64,000 bases of DNA from Tubiluchus corallicola (taxonomy: Eukaryota > Animalia > Priapulida), in contig JAQGDQ010000256.1 in the NCBI GenBank assembly GCA_030141605.1, positions 124,001 to 188,000 of the forward strand, given 5' to 3'. The notes below the pieces were generated by a model. That model saw only the letters and a list, made by a program, of their open reading frames with translations. It was not told the DNA's origin and made no database searches. This document shows positions 12,248-26,100 of the stretch, piece after piece. The first letter of the stretch is position 1. Every line of letters begins with the position of its first letter. The position numbers and the translations under genes are program-made.

Positions 12248-15200
12248 GAAAGCAAACTCTTTGCTCATTATCATTGTATACCAAAACAAGCAATAAGAAG
12301 GTGACTAACCCTTGTAAAAATGGATGTCAAAGGTCAGTAAAAGTCATCATTCTAAAAACGTCAGAGACGCAAATTTTAAGTAGTCCGATGAGTCGGTAAG
12401 CTTATTTAATTCATTGATCACACGAAAAGAAGACTTAGAACATATCAGTGATGATGTCACTGATCATTTAAGGTCACAGTCATCAATTTAAATGTGAAAT
12501 GTATTTTCACCTGTGTGACACATTTGATTGCACGTACCAAATAAGCACAAGCAAAGCGCAGAAGATGTCAGAATGTAGTCGAGATAGGTCATCAACCAAA
12601 ATAAACAGAAGAAAAAACTTTGATTCGGTGTAGCACCGAGTGTCGAGTTTGGGGATTTTGTTTACTTTTTCTATGTACTTTGTTTATATATGTATTGTAT
12701 TTCTTTAATATCAAATATTTTTACAGTTGGTGTCCCTTGCCTAACTCTAAAAAGAAGCTGGAATTCACATTCAGCATGGTAATTTATGAGCCGTAGGTAA
12801 GGGATATTGAATTCACTCGTTTTAGCAATAGAAACAAAAATAACGGCTAGAAACGTTTTTATTAATTAGATCACTCTCCGACACCAACAAACTTTTTCTC
12901 CCTGTTATTCCAAAATCATTACTGCAATTATTTTGACTCAGGAAATATTTAAATTGGCTATTAAGCCAACTATAATGGAACTTCATAAAATTTCATAAAT
13001 CTATCCTAGTTATCTGTCTTTTGACCACACCTCCTCTCATCTCCTTCACTCGTGCTCTCGCTTCCTTGTTGTCTGTTCACTGGTCATTAGCTAGGTCACT
13101 AATATTCAAACATAGCACACATATTGTAGTTCAAGTGTTTCCTCTAATCAATGATAATAATATTTACACAAGGCGGAACACATATAACACGGTTGCTGCT
13201 GTAGCTGCCATCAAAGTAAATCGATCTCTGGCAAAGATGTACATCCCGAGTAATTATTGCCGATATTTAAATGATCATAGACATTGTTATATATGACGTC
13301 CGAAAAAATCAATTCGAACTGCGTGACAAATACAATCCCGCATTTTTACCGTGAAGAAAATGCAGATCCTGAAGTCAACGAATATCAAGGTTTGGAAATG
13401 AATTGATCTGAATTATAAGTCCTCCTCTTGTGCAGTTTTATCTTTTGTATATAGTTTTATATTCTGCATCTCTCATTCGTTTATACAGTACTGTATGTAT
13501 TAATTTAAAATCTAAAATAAAAAATAAAATTAATTATTTAATTAATTAATTAGGTAGATAATTAACTAGGGAGGCAAATACAATGTTAAATTCCCAACTA
13601 CATACAATTAAGCTTAGGATAAGTGTATCTGTCAATTTTGCATTTAGCTGGTATTCTATCACATATACGAATAAAATGATAATAACATATAACTGTTGTA
13701 TTACTATAAGTACACTTACAAGCAAATAACGACTATAACGGCAATAAAAAGTCAATGTTACAATTTAAGCATGATATACAACATAACAAAGTTAATATAC
13801 CTTCTTCACCAAAGTGTCAAACAACTAAGGAAACTTTTTTATTAAAACTGCAAGATTCACTGTCATTACATTAATCTTTCATCTGACATCTATAGATACT
13901 GGGCATTTTTCTGATCAAAATATGTGCCTCGCAACAGCCAGAAAAACAGCTTCTTTTTCGTCTAGCGCACAATCGTCTCGCACACGACGAGCATTCTCAA
14001 TGATTTACTGGTTTCATCACCTCGAAACAGTTTAAACCCATGAATCATTCAAAATTTCGTTTATAAATTCACATTTTTTCACAACACATGCTGTAAAGAG
14101 TTCCTCGCTTTCAGCCATTTGCATAACGCACGTATTTATAATAAAAGTGCTTTAAGTAAAATTTTCGCGGCGGCAGCGCATCAAAACGCAACCCAATAAC
14201 TTATCAAAGCCGGTGGCATCTAGACTAATGATGTAATGACTCGCGAAATGCCGGTACTGGTTTTAAATGTAGAATAGGCTCGCGTATGTGTGTAATCAAA
14301 ATTGCATCCATATGGCCTGAAGAAGGATAATATCTGAATGGTTGTACAGAATAGAACAGAATAGAATAACATTTAAATGCAGTTTACGGTCCAATTGTTA
14401 TATTCATATTACCATCATTTTACTACCGGTAACTATATCAAAGATCCGCTAAATCTTGAGAGCGTTTTAAATGATAATAACTCAATTCGTCTGCTTTCCT
14501 TGTGCAGCTACTTTTATCAACAAGCTAAATCTTTGCAATAAGTCAGATCTAAAAACAAAATCGCGAGCCATCTGGTTCGAAACACCACAAATGTTAAATC
14601 AAATATAAATTAGAATATTTAAATTTTCAGCACAATGTTTTTCAGTTAAAAGCAATACAATAATTAATAAAAGAAACGTAAAATTTACACGAAACAATAC
14701 ATACTAAACTAAACTGATGGGGCCTACATAAAAATCACGATAAAATTGTTTCAGATTAAAGTAGTTCACACATTACAAAGATAAGAAATTATGAAGATGT
14801 TTTTCTTTCCTTTTTGTTAAAACGTGAAACGGTCTATAGAAAAAGGAATAAAGACCACAGATATTCATTCATATATTGATGATCCAAAAACGTCTCTAAA
14901 AGTCTGATAATCAGAACAAGGAAAGAGAATCCAGCGCGCTGATTGAGGAGGACAGACGAACTAAACTGATTAAGTGGGCAGCAGAAGCAGCTGATTTTGG
15001 TGCGTGCTTACATTATAGCAGCTTGTTGAAGGCTAAATCAATAACGACGGGCCCTTTAATTGAGTGTGCTGAACTTGTAATATTTGCACCAAAATAAAAG
15101 CATTCGATGTGCCTTTTCATTCTTTTACCAGGATCACTATTACCTGAATCGCCAGACTCGGTCATTTGCCTTTAGTTAACTCTTTCACAATCCATAAAAC

Positions 15201-15499
15201 TATTAAATTTTGTTAAAATTAGATGATCATCATCAGAATTTCCATTCACTAAACAAACATAAATATGTCGTTTCATCGATCTCAACTTGGTCCAAAGTAG
15301 AACTGTTGTTAATGCTTTAACCTTTAAATTATTCAGACGTACCGTTTGGTGCCTTTGCTTGAAACGTTTCACCGCTATGGGCCTATTTCACTTTTTTAAT
15401 TTTAATTTTTAACGACTAGGATTTAACTTATATATTCAATGATAACAACTTACTTTAAACAATTATGTTACAACAATTTGTTTTACCATTTTTTCAACA

Positions 15500-15750
15500 A
15501 ATAGAATGAATTGCTATAGGATTTACATTCACATTGCATTTTTAAACAGGTTATTAAAACCAGGTTGTCTATATCAAGTTCCTACTCGTAACTTACTGCT
15601 TCTGAACAAATCTTTGCAATACTAAGGATTTGAACGGTACATGCACCACACCATGCAGTTCCAGTACATGTACATGTTGCTATTGCCCCACACATGCAAC
15701 CCAAAGTTGCCTAGTCCAAATCTATACAGGCTCCAGTTACAGCTTTTCGT
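15500..15750 (-). mobile_element. Highly decayed LINE ORF2 fragment (CR1 group)
   Basis: Minus-strand peptides NFGLHVWGNSN and LVLQRFV resemble the YG..VWG and LQK..R motifs C-terminal to LINE RT; frameshifted. Confidence 0.35.
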
Positions 15751-18700
15751 ATGTGAGTTTACGACATCATTTAATTGAGATTTCAAATTGAACTTCAAAT
15801 ATTCAAACGAAATTCCAATATGCTTTCCCCAGGACGTTGACTTTCAAAACGTTTGAGTTTTAATGAGCAGTTTTCGATTTCAACTCATTTAATGTTCATT
15901 TCCGGGTTACAAATGTTCTCACTGAGCGACATAGGCACAATAATTAATCTACTGCCAGGCATACTTTCTCCAACTTTTCCTCAAAATTTCAACGTGCGAA
16001 ACCGCCCGCGAATATTTACAGGGTTCATAAAATTAAACGGCCCGGCAAAAAAACAGTTAATGCAATGGAGAAAGGCGCCTAACTGTACTTTACAAGGTCA
16101 GGATGAATTTCTGCGCATTGCAAATGAAACGCTTCGAGAAATCCATACCAACTACAATAAGCTATCATAAATTATTACTTGGTAACGACGTAGGGTAAGA
16201 TTTCAGCTCCGCGTTTGTCATTAACATGCATTATTTCACGAATCATCTACGGTATTTTTTGGTTGTTCGTTTTAATTATTAATGAGGTTTGCCAAGTTAA
16301 AACGATAGAAGAGAAGGAAGCATGTAACTGGTACTTGTCTATTGTGACTAATTAAAACGCCAGAGCAGGCAGGCGTTAGCCGTTACCTGTGTGAAGATAA
16401 GCCGCTCAAACTTTGTACATTTTTTTAACACTGACTGTGCCTAGATTTTTATATAGTTAAAGAAACCATAAGCGTGACCAAAAATGCCGATTATGACGTT
16501 GCAATAATCGCAATTCAAAGGCTTAGCAGTGAACCACACGTGTCTTAGATATGCTGTTGCTGATGCTAATGCTGTTGCTCTTGTTGCTATTGCTGTTACT
16601 GTAGATGTTACTGTTCCTGTACGTGTTTCTGTTACTGTTGTTAGTATTACTTTAAAAGTATAACTAGTTTTATAAAATACTTTATTTGGAAGGAAAAATT
16701 TGCTCAGCTCATCATTTCATACAGTCGAACTTTTCCTTTTCATGCATAAGGGCACTTGCGCTCAGATAATTCAATCACGTGGAAGTGTTAATTCCTTTCT
16801 CAAACAGAACCGTGTTCAAAACTAAGAATACTGCGAAACCATCGAGTGCCATTTTTGGCAAATTGAAAGTTTAAACAAGGCCATCGTGTTATCTGCGAGC
16901 TAGGAGATGTCTCTCTGATCAGACGTGCGTCTGCGAACCATTTAATCTTTAAATGAAACTCGAAGAGCAAATCTGTTTGATTTCAGAAAGGTTCTGAAAC
17001 CCGAATAGTGTTTACATTGAAAATTACTTGTTTTGTTGTCTTGATTAAATTGCCAGTGCAATGCTCTGATAAAAAGCATTCTTCAGTAAAAACAGTTCTA
17101 AATTTATAGTGTCACAGAATGTGCGATTAACCAGCAAGTCGTAGATTTTAAATACATAAATTTTCAAAGTTTCTGTAAACATTAAAAGCAAACTCACACA
17201 ACCAGCAGTTAGAAATACTAAACAAAACTTCGGTGTTTTTATTTTTTTGAAAATTATAAATCGCATTATATTTTCAAGATTTTTAAAGGTAAGACGGTGT
17301 AAGTTGTCACAATAACAGTCTAACTTCGCAGGCACCTTGCCCTACATCACCGACAAATCCATTTTTGCACGATGCATTACATAAGTTAAAGCGTGCAATA
17401 TGAAATAATTTTGTCAAAAAACATAACAGAAAGTTTTAAAAATACTGAAAACAGTAACGTTAAGAAACTAGTAGCAGATCTTAACAAAGACTTTCAGAAA
17501 GTTTCTGTAAACATAGAAAAAACCGTATTTATTGGGTAACTGGAACCAAACTCGTTAGACATTGATAAAAGATTACATTTCATCGAATTCGTTTCCGATT
17601 GTTAACACATTTGACGTAGTACCCAGCTCATGTGACACCCCTTCTCGTACATAGGTGCAACTAAAGTGCAAAGGTATCATATGCCTAGTAATCTCTTATA
17701 CATCGGTTGTCTGTATAAAACACTTACCTGCTTTCTCTAGCTATCAGTCTGCCTCTAGCACAAGATAAACAAACTGCCAGTAATCGTCCTTCACTTGTTT
17801 GTTTCCTCTCAGCATTTCTCTGGCTGATTGGAGCGTACAACCACGCGCAATTTGACACTAACTACAACCGTCTCATCACAGAACTACACAACAGCAGTTA
17901 AGTGTTGGTTACTGACAAGCCACTCATCCGCACAAACCTGGCTTCCTCTGTTCGCAGTTCTGCTCCTCGGGCTTCGCAGGCTAGCACGTTGTCGTAAATT
18001 CTCAGGTACTTAACCAGGTTCCTCCTCAGATTGTGACATTTTTATTTGGCGGTAAATTTGTGCCGTTGGGTGTCTCTCAAGTTTGAGATTTTAACAACAC
18101 CGGGATTACAGCTTATGTACTGTATGATACATCATACCGTCAGACTGCAAGACGTCTACAGCAAATTGGCATGACCGCAGAACTTTCCAGAAAATCCAAA
18201 GCCTCGTCAGTGTGAAAGGTTAAGACGTTGATGCAATGCAGACTCGCCTTAACAGCGAAAGGGAAAACCAGCAAAAAATTCTGGCTTCACGTTGGTTAAC
18301 TTCCGCATACTGTAAACAGTCTTTTCGAGTTTTTTTGCAATGAAACCTCTGAATTTGCACACATGTTCATGAGTGATGATTAAATTATTGGTTTCAGAGC
18401 GGCAAGCATGCAAACATACACACGCATGTTTGCTAGTAAATGTGAGATGTGTCTTAAAACACATAGTAGCAGTTTTTTACGTCACAGCTTGAAGTGACAA
18501 AAAAACTCAAATTGCTCGAGAAACTACATGTCCAAAGCACAAGCTGTGTCAATTGAGAAAATAACGTATTAGATCTTGACAGTTTTTTGGGTTTTTAGTT
18601 AACAATTTTAAACTTTGTGATTTGGTGGTCAAATCAAGTATAGTCATGCTCAGAGAGAGTAATTCTGCATACATTCACTGAGAGTTCTGAAAAGACATTT

Positions 18701-19640
18701 GTTAACTGGCTAAGTTCAGCACTCTGAACATTCGTTTTATGAATCGCCATAATATACGTGACAAAAACTAATTCAAACAACCAGAGATAGATAGATAAAT
18801 TCTTTATTGCCATTAAAATACATGCAATTGACAAGCAATAAAAGATACAATGTACACTTGCGACAAGCAGTGTGGCAGCATACAAGTCGGTCATTTTATG
18901 GATGACTAGACTGTTAATTGGCAATAACGTCATTCTAATTTACTGGAACATATTATAATTAAACGAAATATGGCTACTAAAAATACAATTATTACATCAC
19001 ACGTCTAGATCGGAAAAATTATAAACACACACATATATTTATATACAGTACATTTACGAAATTATACATATTATAGACATGCTATAAATATATACACAAT
19101 TTTTGTGCATACATACATACCACGCCCACGCCCATGCACACGCCCACGCCCATACATAAGAAGTTTATTGCACAAATTCGTTGAATTAATAAATCAATAA
19201 AAGCATTGTATAAAATTAAGAATCAAAACTATCATATCCATTATTTAAAGTTGAAGAGTCGTGTTTATATTTATAATGTGCTTAAAGCTTAAAATGTTGA
19301 ACACAAAATATACGATACCGGTGCGAATATTGTCAGTCAGCAAAGGAACAGTACCATTCTAAGCGGCCCAAACTGTCTAATTGACAGTCAGTGCAGAGAC
19401 CGACTTTGCCCTCTTCTCTTCTAGACTAATAGAAGAGACCGATCGGCTAGTCTACCTAGTATCGGTTGGCCGAAGCCCACGGCTTGCAGCCAAAGCTTTA
19501 CGCCTAGTATTTCATATTATCTAGGTTTTAAACGTTTAATTTACTTTTGCCATGTGAGTATACTCTAATACTCTTGTGCAGACTATGTCATCATCTGTTT
19601 GTGGTAAAGCAACTTCTCGGCTGATTAAGCAAGCCAGGGA

Positions 19641-19659
19641 AGACAGAGAGACAGACGCG

Positions 19660-19707
<48 letters not shown>

Positions 19708-19719
19708 AGAGAGAGACAG

Positions 19720-19778
<59 letters not shown>

Positions 19779-19781
19779 GAA
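19641..19781. repeat. (GA)n / (GACAGA) microsatellite
   Basis: Directly visible. Confidence 0.97.
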
Positions 19782-20576
19782 GGGGTCGAAACTCGAAAAC
19801 GCACAGTAAGAGTTACTGTAAAGTACAGTTACTTTTAAATATAAGCTTAAATAATTACATTTAGTATAATCGAAGGAGATTGAATCATAGATTGATCAAC
19901 AGTTATAATGTCGACTGCTAAAACGAACTGTGACTCCAAACTAACTCAAATCTCATTTTAAAAAAGTAACTAATTAGTTGAAGCAGTATAATTTTGTCGA
20001 GTTAATATCGAGTTTATTAGCACAATAAAGTGCTCCATAAATGTTACAGATTGAACATAAAACCAAGCATCTCGTTCAATTAACGTCGGTATAAATCAAT
20101 CCATCACTTCGTAGCTTGTAATTTAACAAAGAACGCCACACGCTCAGTTGTCACTTGTAATCAAGGTGCAGAGGGATGTTAGTGGGATGTATAAATTACG
20201 GAAACTCCCTGATGAATAATTATCGAGTGCACTTGTGTGTCGATTTATAGTAGTTTGTATTCACCGTAAAGCTAATCCGGCGTTAAACTGCAGCACGAAT
20301 CAACGGCGGCCGAAATCTTTGCGCGCATTGCTCAAGAGATTAGCACTAACGTAGTTGCTGTTCAGTTAATGGGTTAGGCAGAGTTATTATTTGCCACAAA
20401 AACTTTAAAAACTCGGGGAAATTCCCGAAACTGTCTTATTGCCTGTAATTTGTAATGATTTGCGCTGTAAAAATACGTGTTGCTTACAGTTAGGGCGAGA
20501 ATTCATCTGTATTCAGTTCACTAACCCATTGGCAGAAATTTGTAGGCATCGCTGACGAATGAAAGGGCGGTATTAA

Positions 20577-20978
20577 AGGAAGACTGGATGATTTTTCATA
20601 TACTACCCCATTCTGAAGTACGGTAAAAAGTATACATTATAACACCAATAATACTGGAAAAGCGTTTCTGATAGTTAAATAATGAATAAAAATCTTAATT
20701 AACGGCGGGCGAGCCCAAATATTGATGACATCACAAACGAACCTAATTTTCATGTTTTTGCGTAGTGTTTGCGAAAGCGAAAATTGAAGTACGCTGTACT
20801 GAAAGAGATTTAGTGTGTTGTACTCGTGCTCACGCATGAACTGTCGAACGTGTGCAGTATGTCACAAACGAACACTTCTAAACTGAGAGGCACAGCACAT
20901 GTTTTTTTCTGTAACGCGTTTCCAAAATACAGGTGCCAGTGCCCGTCTAATTAGCGAATGGCGAAATGCATGTAACAG
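20577..20978 (-). mobile_element. Kolobok-like non-autonomous element, partial copy of the 47307-48157 family
   Basis: TTAA (20573-76) followed by AGGAAGACTGG terminus. Reverse complement matches 47457-47822 and 48098-48157 (gttacatgcatttcgccattcgctaattagac; ccgttaattaagatttt; tatgaaaaatcatccagtcttcct). Confidence 0.8.
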
Positions 20979-21454
20979 GGAAGAAGATAACAGGGTTTGT
21001 CCGTTTGTGATTTTTTATTCGTTCCTTCGTTCAAGTGTTTGTTTGTTCGTTTGTTGAATCGTTTACTCCATTGCTACTTACCTGCCTACCTGGCTACCCA
21101 CCTGCCGAGAAACATGCCTATAGGTATGGTGTATTTTCGTGACACTCGTTTTAATATTTGTTGTAGTCCGTTGTACAGATATACGTCTATTGCTCAGCTG
21201 GTTTTCACAGTTCAGTAATTAGCCCATGTATATCTCATACAGAGTTTAGGCCGCATTATCTAGCATTCTGCTTAATTACCTTTGAATAGGCCAAACTAGT
21301 TTCTATTCCTTCTATGATTCTGGAGGTAACTATGGTAAGTCTCTGAAATCTTAGGCCTAAAAACTCAAGGCAAAGTTCTCAAACGTTTACAAAATTTCCG
21401 TCGTATCTAATTAATGGATATTTATAAAAACAAACAAATCTTAAATTTTCCTAC

Positions 21455-21735
21455 ACTGCCTAGTACCTACTTGTCTACATATGTGCCTACCTACTTAGCC
21501 TCTCACCTAAACATTTTAATTGTATGTTCTATATGACTTTAGCTGCCACAAAATAGTAATCTAATAAAATCTATTACTTCTCCGCCTACCTTCTCACACA
21601 CTTACCTGCCTTTCTAACTATTTACCCAGCCATCTACCTATCAAGCTAGCTATCTAATAATTTAACTACCTCCCCACCTTTCTACATTTACCTAACCACC
21701 TAACATCCTCCTAGTTATCTACCTACTACCTATGT
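21455..21735. repeat. Degenerate (CTAC)n-type tetranucleotide tract
   Basis: Recurrent cctac/tacc/ctaa units. Confidence 0.7.
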
Positions 21736-22803
21736 ATTTATTCAATTTCCGGTAAATCGCAGCTAATATTGATCTTAATACACGTTCTACCTGCATAGAT
21801 AATGGAGCTATGTTTCATCGCCAGCACCCGAGTCACTGCATTAATCGCCATCGTTGCAGTAACATATTCTTGGCAAAATAAACGGCATAAACATAAGGGC
21901 TTCTGACTTTTCCCCTAGTACCCCTCACTTTTCAGTTCATCCGTCAAAGTGTCAATCAAATCAATACTGAAGAAACTTGCAAACAATTTACTAACAGACC
22001 AAACTCTTATTGTATGAAATAACATTGAGAGTTTTATCTGTAAAGATAAAATGTGTAAAGTGTTAACAAGTGTGTCAATGCAATCTTATAATTATTAACA
22101 AGAAAGTTGTTTGTGGGTAATTCAATTATTCACGTACGCAGGAACAATAACACCAGCATTGTTGGTTGCAAGATTAAATATTAATTCACATCTTTACCAA
22201 AACAACACGCAATTTTGTAGCAAGTAGACTGCCTCATTTAACGAAAAGCATCGCAGTTCTAGCAGCAGTTAAGAATGGTTGAGATTAGTGGTAATACCAG
22301 AAGACATTGCCGTGCTTCTTGTAAAGATATTAATCTTAAACCAAAGCTGCACACATCTTTAATCGTGCCATTTGTTTTTTCCTCAAGCACACACAACTTT
22401 TCAATGTACAACTGATATCAATAAAATGCGAAATATAACCCTGTAGCGTTTACCTATTTTAGATGCTTTGGCTATCTCTTATTTTTTTATAAAAAAGAAG
22501 TAGGTCTAAATAGCGTTTCATACAAGCACAACACATGGCATAATAATAAATAAACTGGCTCAATCAATCTTTTACAGTTTATTACAGTTTGCACTCATAA
22601 GCTGCAACACAGCACTCAAAGGCAGGGCCTACTCGAAGTGATGTTTGTGGGATTAAATGGATCCTGGCTCACTACTAAGGATGTCCCTCTAAGATGCTGA
22701 ATTATTTCTGTACTGAGTGTGAGCACCTAGCCTTCCTAAACTTTCATATAGATAAGCAACTGATCTAATTTCTCAGTCTATCTAACTATTTCAGCATTGG
22801 AAG

Positions 22804-23170
22804 GTGATAGTGATGATGATGGTGATGATGATGACAATAACGACGACGCCGATAATGATGATGACGGTGGTGGCAGTGGCGGTGACGGTGACGGTGGTTA
22901 CGATGTTGACGATTATGACGGCGATGTTGACGATGGTGATGATGATGATAATTATAATGATAATAATGACTATAACGATGATCGTGTTGACGATGATAAA
23001 GACGGTGTCGACGATGATGACAATAATGAGGATGATGATGATAATGATGCTAATTACAATGATTATGATGACGATGGTGATGATTATGTTGGCGGTCAAA
23101 ATGATGATGATGGTGGCGGCGGCAGTAGTGGTGATGATGGTGATGGTTGAAGCGATGAGGTGATGATGAC
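22804..23170. repeat. Degenerate (GAT)n trinucleotide tract
   Basis: GAT/GGT/GAC/AAT triplets held in register; source of the poly-D, poly-M and poly-I ORFs. Confidence 0.92.
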
Positions 23171-26100
23171 GTTAACTAAAATAGATATATTAATTTTAAT
23201 TTTATTAAAAATTGTTGCTATAATAATTGGTCAGTAAGTTTCTATAACACACTGCGCTGCAATCGGTTTAATGTGTATAAACAACATTTCAACTAATTTT
23301 TCAAGCAGATTCCTGAAGCTCTGGTTGTCAACGATAACCGACATTGATAGTTATTAACGCAAACTTGAGACAAGTCATTTCATCACCAGGATCTGCAACC
23401 ATATGTGAATTCTACAACTCGTTGCAGTGTTACAGTACCAGCTACAGAAAAACAGGCGGTTCTGTGCACTTTTATTAGACCTTCAAAATACCAAATTTTT
23501 CTTATGCGAGTCAACAACATGTTTTTATAACCAATAACTGCATCCACGCTGGACTCAAAGAGGTACTAAATTTAAACTTGAGCTTGAAGAAGGTAGTTTC
23601 CCTGCTAAATCAGTCATCGAGTTCTAGATCATCAGTGATGGGGAGTTAGTAAACTTTGATGTATTGATGTTTTAAGAAACATGTACTGAACATTTAAAGG
23701 TGCTACTGATGATGACAACCAGAAAAATACAGAAAAATAATCTGAATATACTAACGAAAGCAAGTCAGAACTAACAGGATGAAAAGGCGAAGGCATGCAT
23801 ATCAGATTTTAAATATAAAGAAGTCAGAGGTGATCAGAGCTCATACCCGGACTTGACAACGAACTCATGTCAGTGGTTGAATAAGTAGGACGTTAGGGCT
23901 TAAACAGGTAAACGCTGTAACAAAAAGTTGTTCGTAACAAATTAAGGCTGGTCGCAGACTGAATCGAGAAAATGCGCTGCAACATGAAACATGTTTTTAA
24001 AATCGTGGTTCTATGAGAACGCAAACAAAAGAGACAGGACTGTTTCATGACAACTTTACGCTTCATGTCATCTTTATGTTACACGTAGTCGTGAAGAGGA
24101 ACCACCAAGGGCGTCAAAGTAACGTACAGTTACGTTTACCAGACACTTCTACCAGCATAAAATCACGAAGAAAAGATTAAAGGCAAATTGTTTTAGTTTT
24201 ATAACTGATTTTAAAAATTGTAGTGCATCTATAGGCAACAAAAAATGTTCCCTTTGAATAATCATTTTAATTATCTTGAAGTACATTTACGCTATTTTCG
24301 TGTAACTTGTTTGAGGCGTAATGAAATTTAATGAAACGTTCATTCTAGAAGTTGAAAATTAAAACACTGAGAATTGTCATGTGCAAAAAACGGAGAGTGT
24401 TAAATGTCTATTGCCGCTAGTCGTTGTCAATACATGGCTTTAAGCCTGGTCATCTTACAACTGGGAGTTGGCAAATTAATTGCTGCATCGATTCACCAGC
24501 GTATATCGATAAACTGATAGCTGCGCTCAGATCAGCCACCTAGCGACGGAAGAAGAAATGAATTGATTACCTGAGTCCTAAACACTCATCGCCGAGATGG
24601 CAAACAATGAGTGCGGGTTAATTTATATGCAATGATACAAGAAGTTGTTGTTGTTATGTGGCGACAACTCTGATTTATTACGGAAAAAGTAGACATATAA
24701 TACACTAAAAAGTGGCTATAATAACCATATTTCAATACAACGTTGAACAGTCTAAGTGAGCAGAATAATTAATCTATCGTCAATCACATTTTAATTTGGG
24801 GGCAGATAAATTTGGCGGTTCATCAGGTTCTGGCCAGCTGACCGTTAAATACAAGCGACGTACATCCGTTTCTAAATTACGCATTCCAAGCTCTGGGGCT
24901 CGGTGTACATGTTTATAACACCACAAACAAACATTTTCTTCAAGTGTGGCCCAGGCGGCTTCACGCTGTCGGAGAACAGTATTTCCGGTGTAGATTGTGA
25001 AGCCATGTATGGAAAACGTGCAGAATGAAAAATTAAGATTACCATGCAACACAGAATTATTTCCTAAGGTTGGGCGAAATGACGAATCTTTCTTCACTCT
25101 TCACAAAATTTCGGAATGTTCTGCTCTCCTCTTTTAAGAAAAGGTACTTAGACAAAAAATAAGTCTGTAGGGCTATAGCATTGGTATAAATGATTGTCTA
25201 TCACACTAATATGCTCTAAAGTGTAAATGGTTTTTTATGTTTGCTAACAAACATTCCATTCATACTCACACACAGCTTTTCAAGAACAAAATGTTTGTAG
25301 TGTGAACACTGGTGCTTGTGAATACAGCTTTTGTTGTTCAATACGTAGGTTTGTTGTTGGTTTTAAATATAATTTGAATTTTTAGCGTGTAATAATTTAG
25401 GACGCTTCCGTTAAGCTACTTTCAAACGCTGAAATTTCCATCTTGAATCGTTCATGAATCGTTCCTCTTCGCATGAAATTCGTCCAACACACAAGTGCGT
25501 TCACAAGTTGTTGCTTTAGTTTCACTTGTTTTCTTTAAATTGAAAAACGCTGATTCAGACCTGAAGTGACTACGCTACATGCGCATCATCTTCGCAATCA
25601 AATAGCCTATTTCATTCAAATAATTATTGACAATTCATAACGTTTACAAAGATAAAAAAAAATATCACAAACAGCACCAACAGTTGTTTGGTGAGTCTGA
25701 CATCAACTTTCCGTTAGAATTCATGTTATAATGTCCTAATGTTCTACGTTTTTTCGCTTAAAAGAAATTTAATTTTTGCTTAAAAGAAAATAGCAAACGA
25801 ATTGCTTGTTAAATTTGTCGAACGTTTTGTTAAAAACTTTGGAAACTCGTTCTGATAAATATCAGCCTGGGAACTTTCACTTGCCAAAATCAGGTGCTTA
25901 GCGAATGCCTTCAATTCAAATATTAAATAACGACATGCGCTTTATCATATAAAAACCACGGACGCGTAGTCGGATCTAACTCCTAGATGAACCTTGTATT
26001 GCTCCGAATGCTTTACATTGAATTTGGCTAATAAAGTATATATGATCGTAGAATGGCTGTTGCAAAACTTAGCCAAGTCACGAACGTCTAAGCGTAGTCT

